Below, piece after piece: positions 44,112-62,799 of a stretch of DNA of 64,000 bases. A model generated the notes under the pieces. The model was not told the DNA's origin. It saw only the letters and a list, made by a program, of their open reading frames with translations, and made no database searches. This DNA comes from the human T2T-CHM13v2.0 reference genome, Homo sapiens: NCBI RefSeq assembly GCF_009914755.1, contig NC_060947.1, one strand, 5' to 3'. The position numbers were made by a program, and so were the translations under genes. Position 1 is the stretch's first letter. Each line of letters begins with the position of its first letter.

Positions 44112-44779
44112 TAATTAGGCAAACACCATAGTAATAATTGCAGACAAGATCCACTGATGCATGCTAAAATTAGCTACTGAAAGTTTAGAAAGAAATATGA
44201 TGTTTGCATACTTTCAAAGAATCTCCCCCCAAGGTGTTTTTAAATTAGCCTTTCCCCATTCATCCACCAGTCCAACATCTACCCACAAGACTTCAATATT
44301 CATCTATAAATTGTTCACCTGCAAAGTATTTCTTGACCTCCTTGGACTGAAGGTGGTTCCCCATCTCCGGGCTCATATAAAATCCTGCACGTCGCTCTAC
44401 AAAAGCATTTACCACACCTTAAAGTATTGGTTTGCCTACCTGTTTTCTCCTTCAAACTGTGAATTCCTGGAGGGCAAGGCTGTTTCTTATTCACGGCTAT
44501 AGCCCCGGTGCCTAGTAGAATGTCTGCCAAATGGCGGGTGCCCAATAAGTGTTTGTTAAAAGACTGGTAGCATGTTCTTTTTGTAAACATAGAGCTGTAT
44601 TAGGTGGTGATAAACTCTAGAAACAGAATACAGTTTGATTTTACTGTTTTTACATATATGACCATACTCTAAGCTAGTAACATTTAAGAATTTGTTTCAA
44701 AGAGTTTTACAATAGGTTTATTTAAATAGATTTACTCTATTTATCAAAGCAATGGATTATGGAAGCACAAAGGGCTCTG

Positions 44780-45565
44780 TTTCCTTTTTAAAACTGAATG
44801 CTTTTAACAGCACCCAAATCACCTCTTGAATGCTTTGCTGCTTAGAAATTTCTTCTGCTAGATGCCCTAAATCATCTCTCTCAAGTTCAAAGATCCACGA
44901 TTCTCTAGGGCAGGGGCAAAATGCCACCAGTCTCTTTGCTAAAACATACCAAGAGTCATCTCTGCTCCAGTCCCCAATAAGTTCCTCATTTCCGTCTGAG
45001 ATCACCTCAGCCTGCATTTCATTGTCCATTATCATTATCAGCATTTTGGTCAAAGTCATTCAACAAGTCTCGAGGGAGTTCCAAACCTTCCCACATTTTC
45101 CTGTCTTCTTCTGAGCCCTCCAAACTGTTCCAACCTCTGCCTGGTACCCAGTGCCAAAGTCACTTCCAAATTTTCAGTTATCTTTTCAGCAGTGCCCCAC
45201 TCTACCAGTACCAATTTACTGTATTAGTCCATTTTCACACTGCTGATAAAGACATACCCGAGACTGGGAAGAAAAAGAGGTTTAATGGACTTACAGTTCT
45301 ATATGGTGGAGGAGGCTTCACAATCATGGCAGAAGGCAAGGAGGAGCAAGACACGTCTCACATTGATGATGGTAGGCAAAGAGAGCTTGTGTAGGGATAC
45401 TCTCCCTTATAAAACCATCAGATCTCGTAAGACTTATTCACTATCACGAGAACAGCACAAAAAAAGACTTGTCCCCAAAATTCAATCACCTCCCACAACA
45501 TGTGGGAATTGTGGGAGTTATAATTCAAGATGAGATTTAGGTGGGGACACAGCCAAACCATATCA
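44780..45565 (-). mobile_element. THE1 (MaLR) LTR 45220-45565 plus the start of THE1-int
   Basis: Minus strand begins tgatatggtttggctgtgtcccc and ends gactaataca. The adjacent minus ORF (EELIGDWSRDDSWYVLAKRLVAFCPCPR) resembles the MaLR internal ORF. Confidence 0.92.
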
Positions 45566-45896
45566 GATGGGTAAGAAAATTTTTATTCAAATACCCATTT
45601 ATAGTCTAAAAACACTGAGACTGAGATAAAATAACTAAGATAAGGTAACACTCTCCTGCTTCAAAGCCCTGTCTTCTTTCCATGATACAAGAATACTTGG
45701 TGACAAATCTTGACAATGCTACCTCATGACAGGCAATGCAGGCACTTATCACTTCTCTCCTATATTACTTCAATATTCTCTTAATTAATGTCCCTATCTC
45801 CAATCCTTGCCTATTTCTAATCTTTCCCTCAAACTGCACCCAGAATCACAGCCCTAAAACAAATTTGATAATGTCACTCCCTACTTAAAATTACTT

Positions 45897-46095
45897 TCTA
45901 GAATGGCCATGTACAAGAAAACTTTCAGTGATGACAGAAATATTCTGTGTGGTGAAATATAATAGCTACTTAGCCACATGTGGCTATTGAGCACTTGAAT
46001 TATGTCTAGTATGACTAAGTTACTAAATCTTTAATTTAATTTTAATTGCAATTTAAATAGCTACATATGGCTAGTATCTACTATATTAGAGAGTA
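45897..46095. mobile_element. MER3-like hAT element
   Basis: tagccacatgtggctattgagcacttgaa...aatagctacatatggctag. Confidence 0.75.
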
Positions 46096-46678
46096 AAGCT
46101 CTAATCAATAGGGAGCCTTTTTTCTAATCCTGGTGAAAACCACTAAATAAATAGGTAGAAGCAAGAAAAAGTAAAATTTTAAAGCATTTTGTAAACTAAA
46201 ACACTATAAAAATATTAGCTGGTATTATTAAAAGTATAGGTTATACTGACCTATTAGCATAGCTGCTTTTTTTTTTTGGCTTTTCTGTATTTTCTAATCT
46301 TTCAGTAGTGGGTTTGTACTGTTTTTGTAATTTTTTTTAATATAAAAACTTGATTTTGAAAAAAAGAAACCTAAGTATAAATAGCTCTTTATTAGGCAGA
46401 ATCAAATATGCAGAATCAAATATGCACAGCAAGAGGAGAAACCACTGAAATGAATAGGAAACACTAGGACTCAATTTCCAAAGAATCTCCCAATTCCGCA
46501 ATGAAGTAACAACCAAAAACTGGTTACATTTAAAAGCAGCAAATACTTCCAGGAATGCTTTATAAATGCATTAAAGACTTTTTTATTCTGGGATGGGGTG
46601 CTGGCCATCTCAGATATTGGTGTCTTCTCTATGTCCCACAAGCAGGAGTGATCGCTCAGAGTATGGGAGGATCTCCAT

Positions 46679-50081
<3,403 letters not shown>

Positions 50082-50128
50082 CTATGTATTTGCATATACA
50101 TACACACACATACAAACACATACACACA

Positions 50129-50520
50129 TTGTTATGGTCTGAACTGTGTACTCCCCACCCCCACAAATTTATATGTTGAAGTCCTAACCTCTAATACTTC
50201 AGAATGTGACTATATTTGGAAACAGGGCCCTTAAAGAGGTAATTAAAGTTCAATGAGGTCATTAAGGTGGGCCTTAATCCAATATGACCAGTATACTTCT
50301 AAGAAGAGGATATCAGGACACAGACACAAACAGTGGAAAAGACAGTGTGAAGACAGAGGTATAAGATGGCCATCTACATGCCAAGGAGAGAGACCTCAGA
50401 AGAAATCAACTCTACTGACACCTTCATCTTGGACTTCATGGGTTCCAGAACTGTGAGAAAATACATTTCTGTTGTATAAGCCACCCAATCTGTGGTGTTA
50501 TGGCAAACGTAGCAGGCAAG
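50129..50520 (+). mobile_element. MLT1 (about MLT1B) MaLR solo LTR
   Basis: tgttatggtctgaactgtgt...gaactgtgagaaaatacatttctgttgtataagccaccc. Confidence 0.8.
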
Positions 50521-51219
50521 CACACATGTACATGCACAGTTGTTAAGTCACTACAGTCAGAGTAGTTGAAGAAAGAGTTCATACTTAGCAAACATTCATG
50601 CACTCAAAAATATGAATATATTACAATATTATAGTATAAGTTACTCAAGATCAGTAAAAACAATTTTATAAGTAAACCAAAATCGAAGCTTCACCTTGTC
50701 TTTTTCTAATATGCTTTGAAAAGCAGAAGTTTAAAAGTTGCTCTCCCAAAACATCAGCACCTAAGGAACTATACCCTTAGGATGCGGTTTCCCTACTTTA
50801 ATATCCATCCCTCTCTAGATATTGTAAAGAAAACTTAATCAGAGGACTAATGAACATCCCAAAATACAGTGTGCAGTTAAAATTTCTACAAACAGCAAAT
50901 TTTTATATCTTATTCCTCAAAGAATGTTATCCTGTAAGTCACTTTATCTTAGCAAATGATGCTCACAAATAAAGTAACTCAAAAATTTTAGGATAAAAAG
51001 TAAGTGTGCTTTGGTTATTGAACTAAAACTGACAACAATCAGTGATGCTACTCCACCACGGTACCATATGCCTAATGACAGAAATGCAACGGACAAACTT
51101 ATGAGGTTGCCCTGAAGAAAGTTAGCTTTCAATTCCAAATGTATAGCAGTGGAGCAAATATTATTAATTATTATGTTAGATTTTTGCTTTGGTTTGGTTA
51201 TAGAGTTTAATCATTCATT

Positions 51220-51830
51220 TTACATATATTTTCTGATTACCTATTACATGTAACATACCGTGCCTAGCTCTGTGGAAGATAAAAACAAAAAGATGATTGG
51301 AATATATTAGCATTTTAGGCACATAAAATCTTATCTCCTCCACAAGATACATAACTACTTGTAGGAAAAAGTGTTGTAGGAGTTCAGAGGAGGGAGAAAT
51401 CAAAGTCTTATTAGCTTATAAGGAATGGTTTCAGGGAACGGACTGACCTTTGAACTAACATTTGAAAAATAGGCACCAGTTAGAGAGAGGGCATTTCAGA
51501 CATAGGGTGTGGCATAAAAAAAAGAACAGACACAAAAAAGCACATGGTCCAAGGAACAGGGAACAATATAGGGTGACTGGAGGGACAGGGTATTTGTAGA
51601 GAAACAGTTTACAATATGGCTAGCAATCTAGTTAGGTGGAAATTTTTAAGGCTAAGATATAAAGCCCACTGAAGTTTATGCAGGGAAGTGATGGGATAAA
51701 AGTCATGCCTTAGGAAGAATAATCTAGATGTGCTGTATAGGATGGATTGAAAGGGCAAGTCCCTGAAAGCAGGGACAAAACCCATGCATAAAGTAATAAG
51801 GGTCTAAAACTAGGGCAGAAGTTAAGGGAC
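51220..51830 (-). mobile_element. L2 fragment
   Basis: Starts tcattcattt; purine-rich degenerate L2-like body. Confidence 0.55.
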
Positions 51831-53828
51831 TGAAAAGGACAGAAGAGGCCATTGCTACTACAAAGAAATGTTCATCTACCTAACCGGATTACTGTGAAGA
51901 CCAAATGACATTAAATAAAGACTTGAAAAGTATCTTTACTCACTAGTGGCAAATCCTACAAGGGAGTCAAGAGAGCACAGATGAGGACTTCAGGGAGATG
52001 GATTTCAGGAAAGGAAGGAGAAAATCAAAACAACAAAAATATCACATTTTGCAGGTAACTATATATACCTATTAACATTACTAAAATCTTAAGTAATTAA
52101 AAGACCTAATTTTGGTCAAGACTGAGCACCAAGAAAAAAAATGCTCACAAGTAAAAACAGAATTTAAAATTATCCCAATAATGTAAAAATTATGTACATG
52201 AAAGAACAGAGATTCAAAGGAAAAAGGAAAAATTATTTAACATGTGGGATTGTAGATATCTGTCTTGACGTTTTTATTAGATGTGGTTTTGTATAATTAA
52301 AATGGGGACAATGTAAAGCATAAGAATCGTATACAGAATGGGCAATTTTATCTCTTATTATATACCTTATTTTACAATATGGGAAAGAACATACTTTTCT
52401 TTGAAAAAGCAAAATCTTTAAGATAACACTGACAACAATACAGCAATAAATGATATTAATTTTATAACAATTGTATAACAATAATTAAATGATCAATTAT
52501 GCATTTATCATTTAATCAAAATTTTGATGTAAGTTTCCACTCTATTTCTACCCTGCTGCCCAGTGACAAGTGCTCTTTATCTTGCCACTGGCTACTCAGG
52601 AACACCATTAGAAACCCACCAGCCAGCAATATTGTATTAATCAGGGATTACTGACTGGAAGAGGGGATAGGTTTCTGATTCCCCTGAAATTGCATGCAAA
52701 ATGAAGCACATACGTATGTATATTTTTCTAGGGAGAAGGTCTATGGCTTTGATCAGATTCTCAAAGGGCCTCGTGTTCTAAAAGAAAGTTTAGAAACATG
52801 AAATTTTCTTCCTCTTCCTAATAATCTTAATAACTAGTTAAAACCAATGTGTCAATGACTTAGAGAATGTTATTTATTCAACTATATCTGAAAAAAGAAT
52901 CCCCTGAATTCCTCTTCTCAAGTCCCAGTGCCACTTTCCATTCCTTACCATATACAGCCCATGTAAGGTATATCTTTATTTACAACTTTTATAGCATTAC
53001 TGTTATTCTTCACCACCCCTTAGAATCTATTTCTACCATCCCAGATGATTTCGGAACCTAGCTTACTTTTTCCTCCACACTACTTCCATCCTCCCAACAC
53101 TACCAAATACTAAGCTCATAATTAAATTCCATTTTTCTATTCCTACTCTTAGATATACAAATATGACAAGAACAATACAAATTTGTCCCATTAAAAATTC
53201 ATGTGAACATAAACTTACCCTATGTTGCTCCTGAATACTACACCAGTAGTAAACTAGGATCACAAAGTAGAGGTACTATATAAAAAGGGCTGGTCCTAAA
53301 GGATTACAGTAAAGAAACAAGAGAGTTGCAAGAAACCTTAGAGATCTGGTAGTCAAATATTACTAGTTTACAGGATCTGATGTCCAAAAGAACAAGTTAT
53401 GTGTCCAAGATAATTAACAGTACAAATAGAGCTCAGGCGGTCAAGTGTCCTGGTCCAGTGTTCATCCCACAATACCAAGTTATGCCCTTTGCACACCAGT
53501 TATTTCATTATTTTTAACATTTAGAAATAAAAATCTTTTAAGTCATCTGTATTTTCTTTACAGTAAGGCTTACTCCTACCTCAAGACCTCTTAATAGTAT
53601 TCAATATCATTCCTTCCAAGCTTACTGTGTGAGAACAATGTAGGGGACAATTAAAAGCCGTGTTGAAATCAAGATAGACTGTCACTCACTCATATGAATA
53701 ATTGGTTTGGTATGTCTTGCTCTTTTCAAAACCAAGCTGGCTGCTTCCTAACAGCTCGTATTTTTCTAATGACAGCAAATTATTGTTTAATAATTTTAAA
53801 AGTCTTTATTGGTCTCCTAATAAAAGGA

Positions 53829-54165
53829 CTATGCTTTTAACATTTGTGTCCCCCTAAAATTCCTATATTGAAACTTAATCACCAATGTGATGGTATTAAA
53901 AGGTGGAGTCATTGGGAGGTGATTAGGACTTGGAGAGTAGAGCTCTCATAAACAGGATTAGTTCCCTTATAAGAGGGGCCAAAGAGCTGCCTTGTCTCTT
54001 CTACCACATGAGGACACAGCTAAAAGGCACCGCCTATGAACCTCAAGACCTCACCAGACACTAAATCTGTCAGCACCTTGAACTGTGAGAAATAAATTGC
54101 TCTTGCTTATAAGTCATGTAGTTTATGGTATTTTGTTATACCAGCCCAAACAGACTAAGATAGAC
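53829..54165 (+). mobile_element. MaLR solo LTR (MLT1A/MST-like)
   Basis: tgtgtccccctaaaattcctatattgaaacttaatcaccaatgtg...cccaaacagactaaga. Confidence 0.78.
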
Positions 54166-54277
54166 TATTAGTCTAAGAAATTATTTCTCATATGCACATT
54201 AAATCCCTCTTCCTGCAAATGAAGTCCACATCTTTGTATCATAACCTAATGTTCCAGTTAAGTTTAGGCATCACTGA

Positions 54278-54604
<327 letters not shown>

Positions 54605-54675
54605 GCTTCAGGTACTTTAAATGTCACTGAATCACCTCTCACCCTTTTCAGTTCCATGATCTATAATCCACTTAA

Positions 54676-54942
<267 letters not shown>

Positions 54943-55374
54943 TAAGTTCTGTTTTCTATTCTTTTAGTATATTTTGGGACGACTGTTGAATAATCACTGT
55001 AGTTTCTTCATAGGCATCTTATATTGTTAAATTTAAATATGAACTAGAACCTCTAAAATATAGAATAGGAGGATTATTTCCCTAGTGTTGTTATTATATT
55101 CCCACTTCAGTTAATATGAAAGCCAGGAGTAAAGTATTTTAATTTTTATCTACTCTGCTAACTCTTAGCAGCCAATGGTGGAAGAGTAGGAAGGTGGAAC
55201 TTGCTACTGGGAGAAATTAAAGCTCCCATTCTTGGTCCATGAGGTCAGACCAACAAATGAAAACAAAACAGTACCTATCCAAAAGAACTACCATATTCCA
55301 CAACCCAGGTCTAGGGCATATACTGGGTGAGAAATACTTACAATGAATTCCAGTAATCACATACATGTGGGACT

Positions 55375-55392
55375 GTGTGTGTGTGTGTGTGC

Positions 55393-55436
<44 letters not shown>

Positions 55437-55458
55437 TATGTGTGTGTGTATATACACA
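55375..55458. repeat. Compound (GT)n(AT)n microsatellite
   Basis: Direct reading. Confidence 0.92.
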
Positions 55459-57499
55459 TAAAAGTTCATGAAACAATACTTCACTTAAGATGTAAAAAGC
55501 ACTGCTATTTTCTTTATATTCTACTGAATTTCATCTAAAAAAGTGCTAATCCAACCCACTAACATTATTTCATAACACTGCTCTAAGGTTCCTTTCAGCT
55601 CTAAAATATTATGCTATATACTAATGATCGTCCTAAAAGTATGAATTCAGTAATTATTTTGTAATCTTAATCACAAGTCACAAATTTGCAGGTACCTCAG
55701 GTTACCTCAGCTTCTACTTTGAAAACTTTGTAATCATTCCTTTCTCACCCTGTTTTAAAAAAAGGATGGCAAGAGTTCCATGCCTTTAAGAAACAGAAAA
55801 CAAAGGTAACATCTTTCCCTTGTTTTGCACACTGAGGAAATGGTAACTAAAGGAAATGGTAGGATGTAAAGGACAGAGTGGAAGAAGGAAGTTGTGGAGA
55901 TAGCGTTCATGGAAAGAGAGAAAGCTAAATTTGTATTGCCATTGCCTCCTCTGAGATTCCTAATAACTTCTCCTTTTCCCTCTTCCCCCTCATTCTTCCA
56001 GCTTAAGAAATTTTATCTTAAGATATCTAATTTTATCTAAGATAACATTTACAAATTTTATCTTAACTTCATCTGCCTTATTGGAGAACTACAGAACAAA
56101 AACCATTCCCAAGAGATCATGTGTTAGAAACTTTCAACCATAAAATACTTTAAAAACCTTAATGAAATCATCTAGATTCGCTTCGTTAGCCTAATCTGCT
56201 ATTTCCTATCTTGAATGACTCACTACAGTCTAAACTACGTGCAGTTCTAGAAAAGGTCCATGTTCTCTCTGACTTGTGGGCCTTTGCACATGCGATTCCT
56301 TCTTTAACTGGCTAACTTCTAATTTTTCAGCTCTTGCCTTAGATATCAGTTACTTAAGGCAATCTTCACTACCTTACAATTAGACTTAATACCCCTCACA
56401 TATACTGTCCCATACCTTGTACCTTTCCCATTATTACACAGCTCCACTATATTTTAATTGCCGATTAATTTACATATTTCCCACTAGATTTTAAGCTCTT
56501 TAAAGACAGGACTTATATTTTATTTTGTTTGCTCCTGTAGAGGTGTTCAATAATTCCTGAATGAATTATAAATGTCATTCCATCAGCCTTCCACATGCTT
56601 AGTGTCATTCCCTATTCTCCCTGTTCAGAACATTCTCCCCAGTTCTATCACCAGCATGAAATACTCTTTATAACCTGGTCCTTAATTATCACTATTTCCT
56701 CTGGATGCCTATAGCCTTTATTGTACATACTATTCATTTGCTAATTAACCCACCACTGTGTTTTTCAGTTATTTTTGTAATGCATAGATCCAATCTCCTT
56801 AACTAAACTGTACAATCCTTGAAGGCATAACTGTATGTCTCTCTTAGTACCCTATCATCTAGCACAGGGCTATGTACAAGGTAGACGTTAAATATTTGTA
56901 GATGAAGAATCAAAATTTAAGAGGTTGTTTCTCATACAAAACTGACAATATTTTAAAGTGATAGTGATAAATACGTGGTGGCAATTAAACCTCTTGTCAA
57001 TACACAGAAAATAAAAAGATATACTTTAGTACAGTTAAGTACAAATAATTTTTTAAAAAACCGTTCCTGAGTGAGAGGTAATAATGGACTCAAATTTTAG
57101 GAGGCACTACAACCATAGCTACATTCATAAGTTAAGGATAAGTAGCCTATGGCTTCCAAAATGACCTGTGCACAGAGAACATCACTGTATTTTTCAGATC
57201 TAGGACAGTCATATTTATACAAGAATTTAGGGCGGTCTATGTTTTGGAAAGATAGTTACGGTTTTGGCCTATCAAGAAGCACGCTTGTCAGCAAGGGAGT
57301 TAACTGGCGCCACTTGTTTATAGATAGCTTGCTGTCATTACAGTGCTCTCCGAATTGCTAATTCCAACTGAGTAAAATCTGAACCACAGATAAACTGTCC
57401 CAAATTCCATTACTAATTGGGGAAAATAATCCAGTCTTCCTCGTCTTTAGAAAGGCAAGCAGGCTGGGAATGGTGTCTACCCCAACTCTTAATATGAGA

Positions 57500-58160
<661 letters not shown>

Positions 58161-58177
58161 ATTTTTCTCTTTTCCTG

Positions 58178-58293
58178 GAGTTGCCAGATGAAATACAGGA
58201 TGCCTACCTAGTTAAGTTTCAATTTTACATAAACAACGAATCATTTCTTCGTGCGTGTGTCCCAAATATTGTATCTGCTAAATCTGTCAACCC
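58178..58293. mobile_element. Internally deleted MER53-like MITE in the proximal promoter
   Basis: Inverted ends gttgccagat...atctgtcaac; core aaatacaggatgcc...ataaacaacgaat...gtcccaaatattg. Confidence 0.7.
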
Positions 58294-58557
58294 CATCTTG
58301 TCTCTCATAATACTCTCTTACCTCCTCCAACTCAATGTCACGCTCCCCTCTCTCCATTTTCCCTATGCATATTCTTATCTTCACTCCCTTCTGAATTAAG
58401 GAAAGATTAAACTACAGACGTTAATTTCCCCTGGGAGGAGGCTTCAGCTGTAAGATTTACTGCTTTTCTGTCCTGTAAGGACTTTAACTTTGCTGATTGT
58501 TCTCTGTTGCGCAAACCTTGGGGCAGTTTTCCTTTGGTCTGTTGCTCGTGGGACAGT

Positions 58558-58559
<2 letters not shown>

Positions 58560-58593
<34 letters not shown>
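58560..58593. repeat. (CA)n microsatellite about 630 bp upstream of the ABCB7 ATG
   Basis: Direct reading. Confidence 0.93.
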
Positions 58594-58596
<3 letters not shown>

Positions 58597-60079
58597 ACTA
58601 CAGACATCTTTACTAATTTTGTCACTCTTTCTAGCTCTTCGCTTTGGTTTTTGCAGCGTCCCTAATTCTTGAAAAATCGCTTAGGTTGGCTGAAGGGTGG
58701 TAAAGTGAAATGTATGGAGAGAAGACCATGTTTAAAGACAGGCTTATATTCTTTTGTCACCACTATTATCAAACAAAATGTCAAAATATGTTTACAGTTA
58801 TCTAGGAAACTGCATTTCCAGTTGTAAATGTTACCTGAAACCCCGGAGACAATAATGCAGTTGCAATTTTATATTCACTGCTGCATTCTCCAACTTTTCA
58901 CACAAAAGAGACACATAATTATGGACTTCTTATGAAGAGGTACTTTGGACTAGTAAGTCTGATAAAGAAAAACAGAAATCTGTAGCCCATGCAGTTAGCT
59001 TTTTTGTTCTGGGATTCATTCAAGGGGATGCTTGAGCTAGTTATTTAAAGAAAAATAGAATTCAAGTTGAAGAGGTTGACTGGAATTACACGTAAAGAAG
59101 ATGACATGTTAAAAGCAAGAAGGCATAAGAAAATATTTTCAGGTTCAGGAGTCTATGGAGTTTGGGAAAGTAGTAGGAGGTTAACCTGAGTGAACAGAGA
59201 CCTGATGGTAAAGGGCCTTCTATTTCATTCTAAGAAGTTAATACTTTATCCTATAACCAGTGAAGAGTTTTAATCAGGAGAGTAACATGATCAGATTTAT
59301 ATGTCCATTAAGCTACTCTGGCTTAAGTGAGAAGGTTGGATTGGACGGAGTTCATATTGAAGTCATGAAGTTAATGCAATAGTTCAGTCATAAAATAAAG
59401 GCCTCAACCTAGCAGTAGCAGTGGCAGTAGATCGATTGCAGGGCAATTAGGAGATGGAATTGGCAAGACTTAGTGACTAATTGGATGTTTCTAGCTTATT
59501 ATTGTATTGTTGACAGTAGATCAGTAATGGCTTCATATTAATGACTATATTGTCATCAACAAATATTTATTCAGCATCTATTCTGTGTTAGACAGCTACA
59601 GTATACATTAGAGAAACTCTAGACTCTACTAATGATTTCTCTTAGGGCTGAATATTGCCACTGAATCTTACCACCCAGTTGTAAAGTCTTTGAATGGAGC
59701 CAAATTATTTTTTTCCAAAAGTAGTGCTCATTGTAAGCCAACTGTTTTGATCAAAAAGTGTGAATAACATTGAAATACCCAAGTTGTTACTCTATGATGA
59801 GCTAAAGTGAGGCAAATATTTATTTGCCAAATAAGCCGAAGAAAATTTCCAGGGCACCCAGAAATAGAACGTGAGGCATAATAAGAGTTGCACACTGCTG
59901 GGGAAGAGCAGCAACAAAAAGGCCAACTCAGCCTGTAATAACTTGACACATAACTGTCTGACATAAATTAAAGAGACAGAGGTATACACAATAAAAGCTG
60001 CTATAAATAGCTGCTACAACCACAGATCACATGATAGCACTTTATGTATGCAATAATTAAATGTGTATAGTATTTTGTA

Positions 60080-60290
60080 ACTTACAATCCGCTTTGTCAT
60101 ACCTTATTTCATTTAGTCCTCACATCGACCATGGAAGATAGGTATTATTTATTAATATGCCCATATTTATGAGGAAACTGAGGCTAAGAAAAGTTGTGAC
60201 TAGGTCAGAGGCCACAGAGCTAATGGGATGGAGACCAAACCTAGGTTTTATGACTCCAAACATAGTGCTCTTTTCACTTAATAACACCTG
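60080..60290 (-). mobile_element. MIR SINE
   Basis: atgaggaaactgaggctaagaaaagttgtgact. Confidence 0.75.
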
Positions 60291-60569
60291 AAATGTGGAA
60301 GAAACACTTGAGCAATTTAAGAAGGCCACAGTGGTCTTCTGTTTCTAAAAAATACCAGAACTTATTCTCACCTCAGGACCTTTCCACTTGCTTTCCCCTC
60401 TACCAGGAATATCTTTCCTGTAGATTTTTAAATGACTTTTTCTTATCTTTCAGGTCTCAAAACAAATGTCACCTGCTTAGAGAAGCTTTCCAAGAGAACC
60501 TTATCTAAAGAGGCCACCCCCTGTCCCCACCACTCTGTATCACCATTGCCTTGTGTTATTTCCCTTAAA

Positions 60570-61275
60570 ATCTTGCTATTCCAATGTGATCCATGGACCA
60601 CTAGCATTGGCATTACTTGAGAGGTTGTTAGAACTGCAGAATCTTTTTTAGCTATTTTGAACTATACAGTAAGTTGTTGTTAACTATAGTCACCTGCCCT
60701 ACTGTACTATAGAACACTAGATATTACTCCTTCTAACTACATTTTTGTACCCATTGACCAACCTCTTTTCATTGTCCCCTCCCTTCTGCTCTTCTTACCT
60801 TCTGATAACCACTATTCTACCCTCTACCTTCATGAGATATACTTTTTTAGCTCCCACATATGAGTGAGAACATGTGGTATTTGTCTTTTTGTACCTGGCT
60901 TATTTCACTTAGCATGATGACCTTCAGTTCCATCAATGTTGCTGCAAATGACAGGATTTCATTGTTTTATGGCTGAACAATATTTTATTGTGTATGTACA
61001 CCACATTTGGAAGAAAGAGAATGTTCCCAACATAAAGAAAAGCTAAATGTTTCTTTATTTGATTATTACCTTGTTGTATATATTGTTTATGATATCATAT
61101 GCATCATGTATCAAAATATCACATGTACTTCAACAATATGTACAGCTATTACATAGCAATAAAAAAAGAAATGCAGAATCTCAAGCCCGATGCCAGACTT
61201 AAATATTCAAAATCCGAATTTTAATTAGAATGCCTCAGGTTGTTCATATGCACATTCAAGTCTGAGAGGCACTTT
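60570..61275. mobile_element. MER5A-like element interrupted by a 5'-inverted L1MA 3'-end insertion (60645-61166)
   Basis: MER5A halves (...gttgttagaactgcagaatct / agaaatgcagaatctcaagcccg...) flank an L1 3'UTR present in two orientations. Confidence 0.8.
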
Positions 61276-61341
61276 TAGAGCACGTATCACTTTCTGAAAC
61301 TAACTTATTTTCCATGTACTTTTAACATTTGGAAATATTGA

Positions 61342-61730
<389 letters not shown>

Positions 61731-62180
61731 TGCCTTAGATCTTAAAAATAATGACTTAGTTGAAGATCCCGGCATTGCCCTTCTCTAATCCTAGTCTCTT
61801 TATCCTTGTGGATTTATTTCTGTTTTATTCTTTTATGTTATTTTGGTGGAGTCTGTAAGGAAGAGGCGATAAATAGGTTTGATTTTCCTCTTCGTTTTCT
61901 AACCTCTAGACATTTCCTTTGTTTGCTTTCAAGCTCAACTATGCATTTTTTAAAAACTTTGGGGCTTTTTGTTGCTACTTTTAACCAACTTGTCTGTGTT
62001 TGGAGTCTGTAGGGTAGTGTCTCTTACATGTTGTCAGTTAGCCCTCTTGTCTCTATTGTATACCTCTTAACCTGGTTTACACTTTAAAAAATGCAGCCCA
62101 AAATTACCCTTCCCCCAAAATAAGGTGCATTGCATAAAGATGTTTATATCAGTGTTATTAATAATAGCAACTTTTTCTGT

Positions 62181-62490
62181 CGTTTTACTTTATTTGTTTA
62201 TTTATTTTTTAGAGACAGAGTCTCGCTCTTGTCACTCAGGCTGGAGTGCAGTGTTGCAATCACAGCTTGCTGCAGCCTCAAGCTCCTGGACAAGGGATCC
62301 TCCCGCTTCAGCCTCCCAAGTAGCTGGGACTAAGGTGTGTACGACAGTGCCTGACATATATTTAAAAAATTTTTTAAAGATGGGGTTCGCTATGTTGCCC
62401 AGGCTGGTCTCAAACTCCAAGCATCAAGTGATCCTCTTGCCTCAGCTTCCCCAATGGCTGGGATTTACAGGCATGAGCCACCATGACCAG
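62181..62490 (-). mobile_element. AluJ-like element
   Basis: Diverged reverse Alu (gcagcctcaagctcctgg, gctatgttgcccaggctggtctcaaactcc). Confidence 0.85.
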
Positions 62491-62799
62491 TGCAACTTTT
62501 GAAAATAATTCCAAATATTCCAAAAGCAGTTCAACGAAATACCTCAACAGCTATTATTTGAAAAGTATATGTATGTACTTGCGTTGATACTGTATATGGG
62601 AAAGTATATATGAAATAATGTTGAATAAAGAAGAAACAAACATATATATACATTTATATGTATGAATATATAAACACATACACACATGTTTATTACTATT
62701 GAGATTTTAGGAGAACATTGCACAAAATAAGTAGTTGTTTTAAAGTTATGTTTATCACTTTTTTTCCCTTTTTTGAAGGGAATATTTATTGGGCATTTA

